From positions 68,141,872-68,205,871 of the forward strand of contig NC_057718.1 of assembly GCF_004010195.1 (NCBI RefSeq): a stretch of DNA of 64,000 bases, in the 5' to 3' direction. A model generated the notes under the pieces. It ran no database searches. It was not told where the DNA came from and saw only the letters and a program-made list of their open reading frames with translations. Position numbers and translations under genes: made by a program. Shown here piece by piece: positions 35,135-48,289 of this stretch (positions are counted from its first letter, which is position 1; each line of letters begins with the position of its first letter). Source of the stretch: Chiloscyllium plagiosum (taxonomy: Eukaryota).

Positions 35135-36680
35135 AGCCTCCCTGTTTAAAAAGGGAGTAAGGCAAAAGACAGAAAACTACAGGCACATTAGCCTAACCTC
35201 GTTCATAGGTAAGATTTTGGAGTCCAAAGTGAAGGATGAGATTTCTGATTACTCGGAAGTGTATGGTAAATTAGGGCAAAGTCAACATGGTTTCATCAAG
35301 GGGAGGTCATGCCTGACAAATCTGCTAGAATTCTTTGCGGAAGTAACAAGCAAGTTAAACCAAGGAGAGCCAATGGATGTTATCTACCTGGACTTCAAGA
35401 AGGCCTTTGATAAGTGCCGTACAGGAGGCTGCTGAATAAGATCAGGGTCCATGGTATTGGAGGCAAGGTGCTAACATGGATAGAAGATTGGCAGTCTGTC
35501 AAAAAGCAGAGAGTAGGGACACCCTTCTCAGGGTGGCAGCCAGTGACAAATGGTATTGGGAGCACAACTTTTCATTTCATACATTAATGATCTAGATGAA
35601 AGAACTGAGGGCATTCAGGTTATGTTTGCAGATGATACAAAGATAGGTAGAGGGGCGGGTAGTATTGAGGAGTTAGGGAGGCTGCAGAAGGATTTGATCA
35701 GGTTAGGAGAATGGGCAAAGAAGTGGCAGATGGGATACAACGTGGGAAAGTGTGAGGTCCTGCACTTTGGTAGGAAGAATAGAGGCATGGGCTATTTTCT
35801 AAATGGGGAGAACATTCAGATGTCTGAAGTACAATAGATTTGGGAGTTCTAGACCAGGATTCTCTCAAGGTAAACTTGCAGGTTGAATCAGTAGTTAGGA
35901 AGGCAAATGCAATGTTGGCATTTATCTTGAGAGGACTTGAATATAAAGTCCTTAAGGATCTGGCAAGACCAAATTTAGAGTATTGTGCACAGTTTTGCAC
36001 CCTATATCTCAGGAAGGATTTTCTGGCCCTGGACCAAGTTCAGCAGGAGTTCATGAGAATAGTCCCAGAAATGAAAAACTTAACATATGAGGAGCGTTTG
36101 AGGACTCTGGGTCTATACTGAATGGAGCTTAGAAGGATGAGGAGGGATCTAATTGAAACATGCAGAATACCGAATGGCCTGGACAGAGTGAATGCTGGAA
36201 AGATGTTCCCATTAGTAGGAGAGACTGAGACCAGAGGGCACAGCTTTAGAATAAAGAGAAGACCTTTTAGAATGGAGATAAGGAGTGTGGTGAATCTATG
36301 GAATTCACTACCACAGAAGGCTGTGAAGGCCATAGCATTGATTACACTTAAGACAGAGATAGGTTCTTGTCTGTCAAGGGTTTCTGGAAGAAAGCGGGAG
36401 AATGGGATTGAGGTTCTGGATGTAGGTTTGCTCGCTGAGCTGAAAGGTGAAGCTTCATCCAGAGGCTGACTGAAGATGTTACCTAGTATGGTGACGAAAC
36501 ATCTGAAAACAAACCTTCCAGCTCAGCGAACAAACCTACATCCAGAACCTCAACCTGAGATACAAATCTTTTCAAAACATGCTAATGGGATTGAGAAATT
36601 TATCAGCCATGATTGAATGGCGGAGCAGACTTGATGGGCTGAATGGCCTAATTTCTGCTCCTACCTGTTAAGGTCTTATG
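35135..36680 (+). mobile_element. CR1 RT to 3' end, decayed
   Basis: NYRHISLTS, QHGFIKGRSCLTNLLEFF, YLDFKKAFDK, MFADDTKIG. Confidence 0.9.
36413..36583. mobile_element. Fold-back hammerhead-bearing element, third family
   Basis: Arms 36408-36449/36513-36553; CTGAAGAt-gttacc-tagtat-ggtgac-GAAAc-atc at 36470-36503; 12-bp direct repeat aatgggattgag at 36401 and 36584. Confidence 0.8.
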
Positions 36681-36699
36681 TTATGTATATTTATACATG

Positions 36700-37990
36700 C
36701 TTTTGTAACAGCTAAAGTTGAAACCCATGGAATTGAAGGCCTAATAATTGACCTGTTTTAGAAATCATTTGAGTGGAAGACAACAAAGATTAAGGTTAAC
36801 ATCAAGTTCTCAAGTTGGGTGGATGTATCATGTGGTATGCCATGATTCTGTAATGGGGCCTCAATTATTCCCCTTTTTGTTCTTTAGTGACATATGAGAC
36901 AGGCAAAGCATGTGTTTATATATGTTTCCATAGCTTTCTGCTAGGTTTCCCATAACCGGTCGCCACCGTGTCATAGCTTGAAGGGTTCCGTGCTTGAAGG
37001 GTAAGCACGGTCATCTAGAATACTCTTCTACATATGTATTGAAAGATTTACAGATTGATAATCAACTTACTGGGCCACACTATAAATGCATCTTCCATGG
37101 CTGTCATTCCTGGAGTGGGACTTGCACCTGAATTTCAAAGTTGAAAAAAAATTAGGTCATCCATCATGGACCCTCCAAGTGTAGAACAGGGTACTTTCAA
37201 AATGGTGAACAGGTAGAAACACCAAAGATCCAAAGCGAATGAGGGGTGGGACCTAGCTTGTTAAAATCTCCTGAACTGGTGTAGAAAATAATAAAACAAG
37301 TTCAGTAAATGTTGGCCACTATACCTGGAGGACTAGAAATGAGGTTGTATAAGTTTTGTTTCACCTATGCATAGCCCTAATTTAGACCAGTGCTGAAGTG
37401 CTGTATGCAGTTCTGGGCATCACACTGCAAAAGATAATTTAAAACCAAGGAGGGAGTGCAGCATAGGTTTTCTAGGTTGAACTACAAGGTAAAATCAAAC
37501 AAACTAGAACCATATTACATTTAGTTTAAATGGTTAACATGCAGTCTTATCAGTTTTCAAGGCATTTAACAGAATGAATTGAGATTGTAGAATTGGGGCC
37601 CATGATATAAAAATTAGAGCCAAACTCTTCAGGAATGAAATCAGGAAGCATTTGTTCACACAAAGATTAGTAGATATTTGAAACTGTCCCACAAATGAAA
37701 ATCATCTGAGCAGCAAACAACAGTGATTAGGACTACTGGCAGGAACTGGCAGAGTTGGGTGGATGTCGTTTGGGGTATGCCATGGGCGAATTCAACTATA
37801 TTTCTTCTTTGTTCTTTTCTCACACTAGATGCTCTCATGCTAGAACCAATTGTTAAATTTAAAATTGAGATTGAAAGGCTTTTGTTAACCAAAGGTATTA
37901 AGGGATTTATGGCAAAGTTTTGGAGTTATGTCTCGCAATAGCATTGGGCCAACTTCTGGGGGATAAGTGGACTTTTCTTGTTTCTAGGCT
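36700..37990 (+). mobile_element. Very old CR1 remnants
   Basis: Decayed tgtatgcagttctgggcatcacac and aaggagggagtgcagcatagg motifs plus 3' UTR-like sequence. Confidence 0.55.
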
Positions 37991-38095
37991 GTTAACAGCT
38001 TTCTCAAATTGACCTGCAAACCTTCAAAGGCCTATGTATGCACAGCCACAAATATTTCTTTACAGACCTTCTAAGAATTGTACTATTTAGTACAT

Positions 38096-38290
38096 TAAAA
38101 GCAAAATACTGGGATGCTGGATAACTGAAATATAAACAAAGTTCTGGAGAAACTTAGCAGGTATGGCAGCATCTTGTGATGAGAGAAACAAAGTGAATAT
38201 TTCAAGTCCAATCTGATTCATTTTCCAAAGAAAAGTCATTTTGAGTTCAAAACATTAACTCTTTCTCCAACTGCCATCCCTACTGAATTT
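38096..38290. mobile_element. Degenerate fold-back PLE terminus
   Basis: aaaagcaaaatactgggatgctgg...ctggagaaacttagcaggtatggcagcatc...tttcaagtc, then inverted caaaacattaactct. Confidence 0.55.
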
Positions 38291-38421
38291 CTATGACACT
38301 CAATATTTAGTTTGTTTTGACTCCTCATTCTTCAAAATACATCTCTTTTTTCTTGTTTATTGATTAAAAGAAAAATTCTAGTGTCATCTTACTGATGAAT
38401 GACTCTTTTACTTTTTTTCAG

Positions 38422-38552
38422 GAACTCCAGAGGCATGGAGAGTTATGATGTCCCTCAAATCTGGTCTGTTGGCTGAAAGCACTTGGGCTCTGGACACCAT
38501 CAACATCTTACTTTATGATGATAGCACTGTAGCCACATTCAACCTCTCCCAA
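38422..38552 (+). CDS. ARID1B: ARID1B penultimate coding exon (131 nt)
   Basis: ctttttttcAG|gaact...tcccaa|GTaagt; [44 protein letters not shown], the conserved ARID1 EHD1-region motif; phase 1 to 0. Confidence 0.97.
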
Positions 38553-40269
38553 GTAAGTGATTTTCCTGTAATTAAAATGTTCAGTTGTATAATTTAAAAA
38601 TCCTGTGGTCTTAGACTTTGAATGAAATGGGATGTCTGATGTTCAGTATTATTGACTGGATTTATTTTCACCTGCAATACATCTTTTTTTCTCAAATCCT
38701 GTGCTTCCGCAACCTTAATAATAGCAAATTCTGTTCTATCAACAGAATCAGGGAAATCAGTGAGCTGATTTGCTTTTGCAGTGATATTTCATTTAATTAC
38801 AGAGTTTCTTCTTTATTCTTACTCTTAGATGAACTGTATGTGTTACTGGCTAGCCCAGCATTGGATCCATAATTTCCCTTGCGAAGGTGGTATGGAGTCC
38901 CTGCCTTGAACTTACGTGGTTCATTGCTGTCAATACATGGACAGTACTGTTAAAAAGGGAATCAGTTTTCATATTTTTCATTCTCCTGTTAAGATACTGT
39001 GATCAAACCAATAAAGGGACAAGATGAAACAGAACAGTAGGGTCGTAAAATGAGTTGCCATAAATTCGATTATATTGTCAAGCTGTTTGTTAGGGTATCG
39101 TGTAATAATCTATGCATGTTTGACCTTAAACATTGAATATTATTTTGGGGATTTGATTTTTGACTAGGTATTGTATGTCTGTACTTTGGTTGGGATGCTG
39201 TTTGGAGAGTCGGTGCAAACTCGAGAAGCCAAATGGCTTGTTTTCACACCATAGAAATTCTATGATTATTAACCCTCCTTATAGTGGAAACTTTCTCTAT
39301 GTTTGCTATATCAAAATGCCTAATTTTAAGCATTTCTATTCCACATCTCCTTAAACTTCTTTGCTCTAAGGAGTACAATCCCAATTTGTCCAGACATTCC
39401 ATGTAACTGAATCCCTCATCCTATTCTAGTAATTATTCTCTAAACGACTTTGACATCCTTCCTAAGTGCAGTACTTAGAATTGGATGCACTGCTTCAACA
39501 GAGGCTTTACCAATGACGGTTAAAGGTTTTACATAACATCCTGGCTTTTGTACTCTATAAAGACACAGTTCCACATGTTTTCTTTTTAAAAAGAGCTTTC
39601 TGAAATTGTCGAGTACCTTTAACAGTGTGTGTATTTAAAAGATATAACACAGTAAAAGGCCTTTTGGCCCAGTATGCCAATGTCCATAAACATACAGACC
39701 TTTCTGTTCTTGCATCCCTTTGCAAAATGCCTCCCTTTATATATCTCTGTGTCAAAATATGTCTGCTGTGTCTCTGTCCATTTCAGTCGTCTGTCTTATT
39801 CTTACTGAATTTTCCAAAATTCTTCTCACTGCATTAATCAATTGAGCAATCATATTAATTGATTGCATTACAAACCCATGTAATGCTACTTGGCATAACT
39901 TAAAGTATTTTTTTCCTTTCATGTCATTTCCAGGCATTGTCTGGTTTTCTTCAACAGTCAGTAGTGTCCATGGACAATTGATCTTCCGAGTGAAAAATGC
40001 TTTCTGGTACATGAACAATTTTGTACCACAGATAAAGAAAAAGCTGCACACTGATTATTGGAAGATGTTCTAATGGATCCCACCCAAAATAACAATTTGT
40101 CTTTTACTTTTTTTCAGATACTCAGTGACATAATTTGCATTTCAGTACTTTGTATTCCAATTTAGTTTAATAGGACTTTAGCTACTAAAGTAAAAGAATT
40201 ACTGCTGGAGATTTTGCATTTACAGGCATTCAAATGAAACTACAACAATTATCAGCAGTCTGAATTGTT

Positions 40270-40990
40270 GAATAGAAGCAAATTATTGCAGATGCTGGAG
40301 ATCTGAAATAAAAACAAAGTGCGAGAGAAGTTCAGTAGATCTGGATGCATCTGTGGAGAGAGGAACAGTTAACACTTTTGAGTTTAATATGATTTTGAAA
40401 CTGAAAAGTGAGTTGTAACAGTTGTAGATTAAAGACAGGCAACTTACCCAAATATAAAACAAAGAACTGTGAATGCTGAAGTTCTAAAACAAAAACAGAA
40501 ATTGCTCAAGAAGCTTGGCAGGTCTGGCAGCATCTGTGGAGAGAAAGGAGAGTTAACATTTGAGTCCAGTGACCCTTCAACCATTTGTCCAGAATATGGA
40601 TAACCTCTGACTGAAAGCAAAGCATAAAGCTGAGCTGTGGACACAAAATGTTGGTGGTGGTTAGAGGTGGAGGAAGGGTATTATCACAATGAAGGACAGA
40701 GTTCATGGTTTGAAGTCGTTAAACTCGGTGTTAAGTCCAAAAGACTGAAAAGGACCTAATCAGAAAGTGAAGTGCCAGTCCTCCAGCGTGTGATGTGCTT
40801 CACTGAATGTTAGCAGAGCTAAAACAGATATATATTATGCACCATGAGAGGAAGATAATGCATTAAAATGGCAAGTCACAGGAAGGTCGGGGTCATGTTT
40901 TCAGACTGACATAAGTGTTCCATAAAATATTCATATAGTCTGTGTTTGGTGTCCCCTGTATAGTGGAAACCACATCATCAAGAAGTGATG
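40270..40990 (-). mobile_element. Old PLE remnants (two termini and GIY-YIG C-terminal remnant)
   Basis: Termini at about 40270-40400 and 40455-40580 (gagttaacatttgagtccagtgacccttc); minus strand 40700-40890 decodes as LPVTCHFNA...LNTEFNDF. Confidence 0.6.
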
Positions 40991-41231
40991 CGTGTTGGTG
41001 GTTGATGTGAGAAATGGGTGGTACAGATGTACAGTTTTGTGGATTGTTCTTGAAGTGGCTTCTCACCATAGTTGTGGACAATATGTTGTTGACTTCAAAA
41101 ATCTGTCCTCCTTCTCATGCTTTCTATCAACTTGCAACTTTATCAGCAGCTTTTCGGATGTGAACTTGGCAAAACTTTGTGAAACTGATTGTTCAGTTAT
41201 GAAAGACTAATAATTCTTCAAATTAGTTCTA

Positions 41232-41392
41232 CATAGGAACCTCAATTAAACAAAGGCCACAAGTGGGGGGGTATTTCATTTGGTTAATCGAATGCTGGAT
41301 AACATAGTTTAGCCATGCATTGGGACCTTGCGATCTTATTCAGGTAATCTAAAATTTGGATATTTGAATGCTGGATAATCGAGGTTCCTCTG
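41232..41392. mobile_element. Tc1/mariner (pogo/Tigger-like) MITE
   Basis: TA-cataggaacctcaatta...taatcgaggttcctctg-TA: terminal inverted repeats flanked by TA; second copy at 54833. Confidence 0.75.
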
Positions 41393-41889
41393 TATATGCA
41401 TAAACTCGGTTTAAAGAAAATTGTCTTGAGTAGTTTTTACTTTATTTCTGTTGCAGTAATTTTCTGTATTTGAATATGAAAAACTCAAGTAATTTTGATA
41501 AGTATTAATTCCTCACTTAACATTGTAACTGTAAACCTAAAAGATGCATGTTTTTAAATGAAATTTCTTTAACTAATCAGATTTTTCCATTATAACCAAT
41601 GAAGACTAATGAAGAATTGAAGAACCTAACCAACAGTTAGGTTCTTTAGGGCATTTCTCATCAGAAAAATACATTAAAACATTGCACCCAAAAATTGAAA
41701 TTCCAAAATCCCTTTACTCAAAAATTAAATAACTTTTCTAAAATAAAATAAATTTTAAAATCTTGAAGAAATATTCCAGTTTGAAAAGATACTAAAGCAG
41801 AATTCCCAAAAGGATTTGTATATGGCAGCAATCTTATTTTTGCAATGCTAAAAATGAATTTTCATTGATAAGATTTTATAGTCCCCAAT

Positions 41890-43220
41890 TAAGGGTGAGA
41901 TTGCGGAATACTTGGAAGTCCAAGGTAAAATAGGACAGAGTCAGCACAGCTTTGTCAAGTGGAAGTCATGCCTGACAAATCTGTTAGAACTTTTGAGACG
42001 GTAAGAAGTGAGTTAGACAAAGGAGAGCAAGTGGACATGATATGTTTGGATTTACAAAAGACTTTGACAAGCTGCCACACAGGAGGTACTAAATTAAATA
42101 AGAGACCATGGTGTGAGGGGCACGGTACTGGCATCGAAAGGGATTTGTTGACTAGCAGAAGTCAAAGGGTGGGGGTAAAGGGGTCTTTTCAGAATGGCCA
42201 GCCAGTTACAAGTGGAGTTTGACTGGGGTCGTTGGATTAACAGTTTGGATGAAGGAACTGTGAAGGCTTTGTTACTAAGTTTACAGATGACACAAAGATA
42301 GTTGGAGGGACAAGTAGTGTTGAGGAAGTGGGAAGGCTGTAGAAAGACTTGGACAGGCAAGGAGAGAAGGCAAAGTGTGAGATCATACATTTTAGTGGGA
42401 AGAATAGAGATGTAAATTGACTAGCATTTATTGCCAATGGCTGGTCTCCCTTGAAAAAGTGGTGGTGAGCTGCCACCTTGAACTTCTGCAGTCTGTCATG
42501 ATATTCAAGGCTATGGGCATAGTACATGTAGATTTAGAGGAGTTATTTTGTTGATACAGACGTGATGGGCCAAAAGGCCTCTTCTATATTGTATGATTCA
42601 TGTTCTATTCTGTGACTCTTTTCTAAATAGGGAAAGAGTTCAGAAATCTAAAGTGCAAAGGACCTGAGAGTCCAAGTTCATGATTTTCTTAAGGTTCACA
42701 TGAAGGGTCAGTTGGCAGTTCGGAAGGTAAGTGTTGGCACTCATTTCAAGAGGGGTAGAAAACCCCTGAGGCTGTATAAGGCTCTAGTCAGAATGCATTC
42801 AGAATTTTGTGAGCAGTTTAGGGCCCTATGTCTTAAGAAACATGTTGGTATTGGAGGGAGTCCGGATGAGGTTAACAAGAATACAAGAATGATCCTAGGG
42901 GTGAAGGGCGTGGAGGAGTGGTTGAGGATGCTTGATCTTACTCAATGGAGTGTGGAAGGATGAAAGTGGGGCGGGGCAGCAGTGGGAGTTGGGGGGTTGG
43001 GGGGTAGATGGTGGAGGAGTGGTGGGATCTGGTTGAAAATTACAGGATGTGGACATGGCGAAGATGTTTCCACTAGTAAGAGAGACTAGGACATGTGAGC
43101 ACAGTCTCACGGTGAAGGTATCACCATTTAGACCTAAGATGAGAATTTCTTCAGCCAGGGATAGGTGAATCTGTGAAACTCATTGTTGCAGAAGGAATTG
43201 GAGGCCAAGCCATTGAGTGA
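41890..43220 (+). mobile_element. Old CR1 RT fragment
   Basis: ELDKGEQVDMICLDLQK, tttacagatgacacaaag, PLRLYKALVR. Confidence 0.8.
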
Positions 43221-43595
43221 ATCATTGAAGTCTTATGAATGACACTGAATGAGACAACTAAAAATGGAGATATACTATGTTCCTGTCCTAATTTTTGAAA
43301 GCCTGTATTGCCTATTCAGAAAGTGCAGTAAAGTGATTGGAGCAGCATAATAAAATGATAGTAATATCAAAATGTACAGAAACATAGAAAAGTCAAAACA
43401 ATGTACAGACTGCACATGATATCTGGACCAGTAGGTAAAGCTAACATAGTCAGATCTAATGACCTTAAGAACATCCTTTTGGATCCCAAAGGCAACCTTG
43501 TAAGCTCATTGAAAGTCTGTATGATAAATAAATTGAATAACTGAAGACAATACGTTTGAAGTTTGAAAATCCTTTTATTTCTGTTTTTCTTACAG

Positions 43596-45350
43596 TTGTC
43601 TGGTTTCTTGGAACTTCTGGTGGAATATTTCCGAAAATGTTTGAGAGAAATATTTGGAATTTTAAAAGAATATGAGGTTGGAGATCCAGGTCAGAAGGCT
43701 CTCCTCGATCCAGATGCTTTTAAGAAAGATTATGTTAGCCATACTGTGGATGATATTAAGAAGGAGGAGGGTGAAGAACAGCTAGATTATGATGATGATT
43801 ACAATGACTCTGATAGTGATGACACTGACGAAGAGGAAGATGGCCAGTCTGGAAGTGAAGACAGCCGAGTCAACTTTGCAACAAATGATTCACAGGTTGG
43901 TGGTGAGAAACCTAAACAAGCCAGTAAATTTGACAGACTGCCATTGAAGATTGTGAAGAAAAAGGATCTTTTTGTAGTTGATCGTACAAATAAACTTGGT
44001 AGAGTTCAAGAATTTGACAGTGGATTGCTCCATTGGAAGATTGGTGGAGGTGACACAACAGAGCACATTCAGACCCATTTTGAGAGTAAAATGAAAATGC
44101 TATCTCGCAAGAAGGTCCAGGCATGCTTAAGCGGTCCAAGTAAAGAGAAAAAAACAAAAGAACATGAGACCTTTGAAAACCTAAATACAGAAGAGCAGCC
44201 AGAAAAGAGTATCACAGCAACAATAGATGATGTATTGTCAGCACGGCCAGGAGCTCTACCAGAAGACAATTCTAATCGTTTGACTTCTGAAACAGGCAGC
44301 AGTAAGTTTCTATTTGGTATCCACCAAGCAAAAGCACACAGAAATATAAAGTTATTGGAGGATGAGCCTTGTAGCCGTGATGAGATTCCATTGTGCACAA
44401 TCTCTGATTGGCGGGACTCTTTGGCAAAACGTTGCATATGTGTGTCAAATATAGTTCGTAGCTTGTCGTTTGTGCCTGGGAATGACGCTGAAATGTCAAA
44501 GCACTCAGGCCTAATACTTATTTTGGGGAAGCTAATTTTGCTTCATCATGAGCATCCTGAAAGAAAGAGAACACCACGAACTTATGAGAAAGAGGAAGAA
44601 GAGGACGAAGGGGTAGCCTGCAACAAAGATGAATGGTGGTGGGATTGCCTTGAGGTTTTACGGGAGAACACGTTAGTTACTTTAGCCAACATTTCCGGGC
44701 AGCTGGACCTGTCTGTATACCCAGAAAGCATTTGTTTGCCAATTTTGGATGGCTTGCTACACTGGATGGTCTGCCCTTCAGCGGAAGCGCAGGATCCTTT
44801 CCCAACAGTGGGACCTAATTCAGTGCTGTCACCACAGAGACTTGTGTTGGAGACTTTATGTAAACTCAGCATTCAGGACAATAATGTAGATCTCATTCTG
44901 GCAACACCCCCTTTCAGCCGTCAGGAGAAATTATATGCTACTTTGGTTAGGTACGTGGGAGACCGAAGAATTTCAGTGTGCCGAGAAATGTCCGTTGCTT
45001 TGTTGTCAAACTTTGCCCAGGGGGACACATTGGTGGCTAGAGCTATCGCTGTGCAAAAAGGAAGCATCAGCAATCTGATCAGCTTCCTTGAGGATGGCCT
45101 TACTGTGGCCCAACTTCAGCACAGTCAGCCGAATTTGATGCACATGCAGCCTCCACCTATTGAACCAACCAGTGTGCACATGATGTGTCGAGCAGCCAAG
45201 GCTTTGCTTGCCATGGCTAGGATAGAAGAGAATCGCTCAGAATTTGTTTTATATGAGGGCCGCTTGCTAGATATTTCTATATCATCTGTTCTGAACTCTA
45301 TGGTTGCATCTGTCATTTGTGATACACTGTTCATGATTGGTCAATTATGA
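43596..45350 (+). CDS. ARID1B: ARID1B terminal coding exon (BAF250_C/ARM-repeat core-binding region) to stop codon
   Basis: ttttcttacAG|ttgtct; [16 protein letters not shown]...[13 protein letters not shown]...[27 protein letters not shown]...[24 protein letters not shown]...LFMIGQL*. The FRKCL, CKLSIQ, SRQEK and GQL ending fit ARID1B rather than ARID1A as recalled. Confidence 0.97.
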   Translation: MSGFLELLVEYFRKCLREIFGILKEYEVGDPGQKALLDPDAFKKDYVSHTVDDIKKEEGEEQLDYDDDYNDSDSDDTDEEEDGQSGSEDSRVNFATNDSQVGGEKPKQASKFDRLPLKIVKKKDLFVVDRTNKLGRVQEFDSGLLHWKIGGGDTTEHIQTHFESKMKMLSRKKVQACLSGPSKEKKTKEHETFENLNTEEQPEKSITATIDDVLSARPGALPEDNSNRLTSETGSSKFLFGIHQAKAHRNIKLLEDEPCSRDEIPLCTISDWRDSLAKRCICVSNIVRSLSFVPGNDAEMSKHSGLILILGKLILLHHEHPERKRTPRTYEKEEEEDEGVACNKDEWWWDCLEVLRENTLVTLANISGQLDLSVYPESICLPILDGLLHWMVCPSAEAQDPFPTVGPNSVLSPQRLVLETLCKLSIQDNNVDLILATPPFSRQEKLYATLVRYVGDRRISVCREMSVALLSNFAQGDTLVARAIAVQKGSISNLISFLEDGLTVAQLQHSQPNLMHMQPPPIEPTSVHMMCRAAKALLAMARIEENRSEFVLYEGRLLDISISSVLNSMVASVICDTLFMIGQL

Positions 45351-46540
45351 CAGAAGTGGGAAGCCAAGCATGTGTGAGTGGAGACAAAAGAATTACATTT
45401 GATTGACCACTTCTGTTATTTATCCAACAACAAAAAGCATCTTTGCTCCTCTGCCCCATTTACTAAATTGGGCTTTAAAAAGGTAGTCAATTTGGTCAAA
45501 TATAAGATGGAAATAAATATTTGCTGTCTATGTGTAAGTACTTTTTAAAACATTTTTTTAACCAAAGTTGCTGTCTAGTACAGTGGGGGTCATCTTTATC
45601 CCTAGATTCCCTTTGGGTGTTTCTTTCATGTTTGTATGATATTTTTGGAAGCGAAAAAGGTGAATTTTGAAATGTGGCAAACATTGTACAATTAAATATT
45701 CTTTACCACTTAAAAAAATATGAAAAAGTTAAAAAAAGCGCCAGAATAATTTTGATGTACACACCACAGAAAGCTCTGTGCAATAGAACTTAGTGATCTA
45801 GGTGTAGGGGATCAAAAAACAGGTGTGCATTAGTCCAAACACGGAAATCAAAATGCATTAGTCTAGCAGCAAATAAACTGTTGACCTGGGTTGCGGGGAG
45901 GGAGAGAAAGCGATACACTCAATTGCTTCCTCACAATACTGTCATTCATACCTTCCTTGACCTTCCACAGTATGACAGTCCTCAGCCATTTCTTGCTTCA
46001 CTCAGTTCATCCTTTGATTTTTTTTTTCCACAGCCAAAAGGCTGTACTGTATATAGAAGTTGTACATTGCACATACCCTCAAACTATTTCTGTTGTGTTT
46101 GTTTTTTGTTTCTTTTAGGATGAGGTTTACAGTTTTTCTCTCTCCATGATGTGGTAAGGTTTAAAGAAAGTGGTAGATTTTAATTATTTTTTTTATTATA
46201 TATTTTGGCCATATCTCCAATGAGGGTGATGTACAAGTTTCTGTATGTATAAAGTCATGCTCTATTTCAAGGAGAGCAGCTGATCACATTTTGCTTCATA
46301 ATCAAGGTGTGGAAAAGGTTAAGTACAGGTATTGATCAGAAATTTTAAAAAAAATGAAGAAACACAATTTCAAAAATTTTTCAGTGCGAATCAGCATATT
46401 TGTATTTCAAGATAATGTAGTTAAAACTTGATGTAAATTCCTCCTTTTCCTCTGGCTTAATGAATATCATTTATTCAGTATAAAATCTTTATACTATATG
46501 TTCCACATGTTAAGAATAAATGTACATTAAATCTTAAGTG
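45351..46540 (+). other. ARID1B: ARID1B 3' UTR (proximal form)
   Basis: Repeat-free AT-rich sequence after the stop codon, ending at AATAAA with a GT-rich downstream tract (gtgctgtgatgattgttc). Confidence 0.75.
46515..46520 (+). promoter_or_regulatory. Polyadenylation signal AATAAA
   Basis: gttaagAATAAAtgtacattaaatctt, with upstream TGTA elements and a downstream GT-rich tract. Confidence 0.75.
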
Positions 46541-48289
46541 CTGTGATGATTGTTCTTGAATATTTTTTTAAATGATGTAAGTGCTTTGAAAGTTTCCATG
46601 AGCACTACTGGAATTGAATCTTATGGTGAAAAAAATGTATCAATGCTGCAGAGTAGTTACCAGAGCTTACTATCTGTCAGTGCTGTAACTCCCTGTAGAT
46701 TATAATGCATCACAGGTTCCAGACAATGTGTATGCTTACCTTAAAATACAGGATAATGTAAAGAGAGATAAATAACTGTTTGTCTGACCTCAGTGTCTGG
46801 ACTGTGATGCAGCCTTTCTTTCAATTGTTTTTATTTTACCTGGTGTACAGTTTTGCATTATTTATGGAAGTTTTTAATTTACAGTGACTTGCATCAGAAG
46901 TTTGACATTCAGAAGTGCTTCACCTTTCTGCTGTGCTTGAGTGCCTACGTCACAATCCTGTGCATATAACAAATGTTCATATTGATTATTCATTTAGTAG
47001 GAAAGTATTACCAAGTAATGGGAGATTGGGCTTTTAAGCAACATGTATATCATGTCAATAAAAGGACCAAACATTCCATTGGTAAGAGGGTTCACTAACA
47101 AGCAGGGATTGTTAAGATTCACTTGTACTTGCCAATCTTCATTATAATCAAAAATATTAGTGAGTTTAACTTTATATTAAGCAAGATTCCATGATGCGGG
47201 TTCATTGGCTGAGCAATTCTTTTTAATGAGCAACTAGAATTCTGTATTTCTCCCAGTTGTCCCATCAAGGACACCCACGAGATCTTGACTGTCCTTGGTA
47301 ATCTTTTTATTCCAATTGGAAACATTAGGAGATCGGCTTTAAAGCCACAGGAAGTTTCTAAACGTAATCCACAAATAAATAAAACCTTACCAGCACACTC
47401 TCAATCCAGAATATTATCTGCAGCTTCAAGAAATACTTGATCCGAAGTGGTTAAAGTGGCATTGCCCATTGAACCTTTTAAAAAGTACTCAAAACAAATG
47501 GTGCTCAAGCATTTTTTTTTAAACTTGGTTTTTGGTCATGCTATGTACTTGATAAAGCAGGGGTTTTGAAAGATCAAATAACGAGCCTGTAAATATAATA
47601 CTGCTGACATACTTATGCAGCAATGGTTTTGTTGGTTAGTGTTGGCTGTCTGACCCTGTGCTGGAGACAGTGGCAGTTCACATGTATCTAAAAGCCCCTT
47701 CAAGGAATCAAGTGAATGGCATTTTGATGGTACATATTAGTGGGGGGGCTGATTTGGTGCTGGCATGGCTGAGTCCCATGTTGCACTAGAGTAGGCAAGT
47801 GTTTTTTCTAAACAATATTAAAACTTAATGTTGCCTTTTAATATCAACATTTCATACTGTCTGTTTAATGTATGAATGCAGGACTGATGTAACATTTTAT
47901 CAGTATAGAGCAGGATATGAATCCTGCTTGATCTGGTTCAGATTATAGAGCCTGTAAATAAAAGTACTTTTGTAGCACAAAAGATGTATCTTAAAATTGT
48001 TTATATTGAATTCTTAACATGCTTTCAAAATACTGCCCCAATACCATGAGTGTTTCTTTCTCTTCTAAAGCAGTGACTTATACTGGAGTGCTGCTTCACT
48101 CATCAAGCAGGTCCCCAGTACCTTCCCAGTCTTCATTTGTGAATTTAGTTTGGAACATATTTTCCATCAGGCATCTGTGCTGAGCCAAGTCTCTCACAAT
48201 AGAACACAATTCTACTATGCACAATCCATCACTGTCATTTGCTGAAGTGCAACTGGAAATGATCACAGCTGGTGGAAAGTCAAAATTTG

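Noticed and set aside
36988..37011. 8-bp hairpin ccgtgctt-gaagggt-aagcacgg
   Set aside because: Short, and lies next to a SINE-like head within old repeat sequence; no further support.
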